Source: Gracilinanus agilis
Taxonomy: Eukaryota
Assembly: GCF_016433145.1 (NCBI RefSeq)
Contig: NC_058134.1
Coordinates: 217,837,979-217,901,978 of the forward strand
Length of the DNA: 64,000 bases
Direction: 5' to 3'
Positions within the stretch are counted from its first letter, which is position 1; every line of letters starts with the position of its first letter. Of the stretch, positions 62,714 through 64,000 are shown one piece after another. The position numbers and the translations under genes were made by a program. Under the pieces are notes generated by a model. That model was not told where the DNA came from, made no database searches, and saw only the letters and a program-made list of their open reading frames with translations.

Positions 62714-63406
62714 TTTTTCTTTATTTCATTATTTAATTAATTTAGAATATTTTTCCATGGTTCCATGATTCATGTTCTTTCCCTCCCCTCCTCCCTCCCC
62801 CTCCTGTAGCTAATGCACAATTCAGTTAGGTTTTACAAGTATCATTGATCAAGACCTATTTCCATATTATTAAAGTTTGCACTAGGGTGATCGATTAGAG
62901 TCTACATCCCCGATCATATCCCCATTGAACCATGTGGTCAAGCAGCTGTTTTTCTTCTGTGTTTCTGCTCCCACAGTTCTTTCTCTGGATGTGGATAGCA
63001 TCTTTCTCATAAATCCCTCAGAATTGTCCTGGATCATTGCATTACTGCTAGTAGAGAAGTCCATTACATTTGACTGTGCCACAGTGTATCAGTCTCTGTG
63101 TACAATGTTCTTCTGGATCTGCTCCTTTCACTCTGCATCAATTCCTGGAGGTTGTTCCAGTTTTTATAGGAATCAAGCAGTTCATCATTCCTTATAGCAC
63201 AATAATATTCCATCACCATCATGTAGCACAATTTGTTCAGCCATTCCCCAATTGAAGGGCATCCCCTCATTTTCCAATTTTTGCCACCACAAAGAGCACA
63301 GCTCTAAATATTTTTGTACAGTCTTTTTCCTTATTATCTCTTCTGGGCACAAATCCAGCAGTGGTATGGCTGGATCAGAGGGCAGACAGTCATTTAAAGC
63401 CCTTTG
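62714..63406 (-). mobile_element. 5'-truncated L1 (693 bp) in C1QTNF6 intron 2
   Basis: ORF2 C-terminal motif CPSIGEWLNKL; perfect 15-bp TSD tagccagcagtttct at 62699-62713 and 63407-63421. Confidence 0.92.
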
Positions 63407-64000
63407 TAGCCAGCAGTTTCTGAGTGAAGAAATATATTCAGTAGAAAGGGCTCTGGGTTTAGAGTCTAAAGGCCCAGATTTGAAGGCTGGTTTTTCTGCC
63501 CTCTACCTGGATGACCCTGAACAAGACAATTGTTCTTCCTTGGCCTCCTCCATGTGTTCTACCTCTCTCTTTCTGGTTAATCATATGAGCTTAGAGTACA
63601 GGGTCAGGAAGGGTCATCACATTTAGTTCTCCTCATCATTTGGGTGAGCCTCTTGTGGCCTCTTGGATCATAACTCTTGGGAGTAGCCTCTCCAACCTTA
63701 GCATTGTGTTTTCTCCTGGGAGGTTGTTAGGAAGATTCTTCTTCACTCTCAGTGCCACAATATTGCCCAAACAGTGACTAAAAACCTTCCAGGACTGGAA
63801 CCTCTGGGCATTGGTTCTCTCAGGCATGTGTGATGCCAAAGATGGTTCCCAAGAGGCTCTCTAGTAATAATCCCTTACTATTCTCTGCACAGTCCCCTGC
63901 CTTGTAGCTGTATCACATTCTAGCCGGGCTTTCTACTCTTGCAAATAGACACCCGCTCTCACAAAGAGCTATAATTGTCCACAGTAGAATCCTTCTGGCT

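Overview
Mammalian genomic DNA from a marsupial, most likely a didelphid opossum: SINE1_Mdo-like and MAR1-like SINEs, opossum-type L1 ends and very low CpG. The species cannot be fixed from sequence alone. Three genes lie on the + strand in the same order as human chr22. (1) The 3' part of RAC2: coding exons 3-6 plus a non-coding exon 7; exons 1-2 are not in the window. (2) SSTR3: single coding exon 38072-39316 (414 aa) and a probable non-coding exon 1 near 29.9-30.3 kb. (3) The 5' part of C1QTNF6/CTRP6: probable exon 1 and coding exon 2. The rest is MIR/L2/L3 relics, SINEs, L1 fragments, hAT MITEs, a probable solo LTR, simple repeats, four N gaps and one false duplication. There is no CRISPR array or prokaryotic system. 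Most interesting observations: a hAT MITE family carrying a 14/14 CTCF core motif, with a convergent pair around the SSTR3 coding exon; CpG islands that look built from ancient L3/MIR relics, one with a RUNX-ETS-GATA cluster in RAC2 intron 5; loss of the AP[S/A]CQ ciliary-targeting motif in SSTR3 loop 3; a palindromic RFX X-box downstream of SSTR3; a 67-bp target-site duplication; and a 5'-intact, 3'-deleted L1. Comparisons with human/mouse sequences and repeat names are from memory and need database confirmation.
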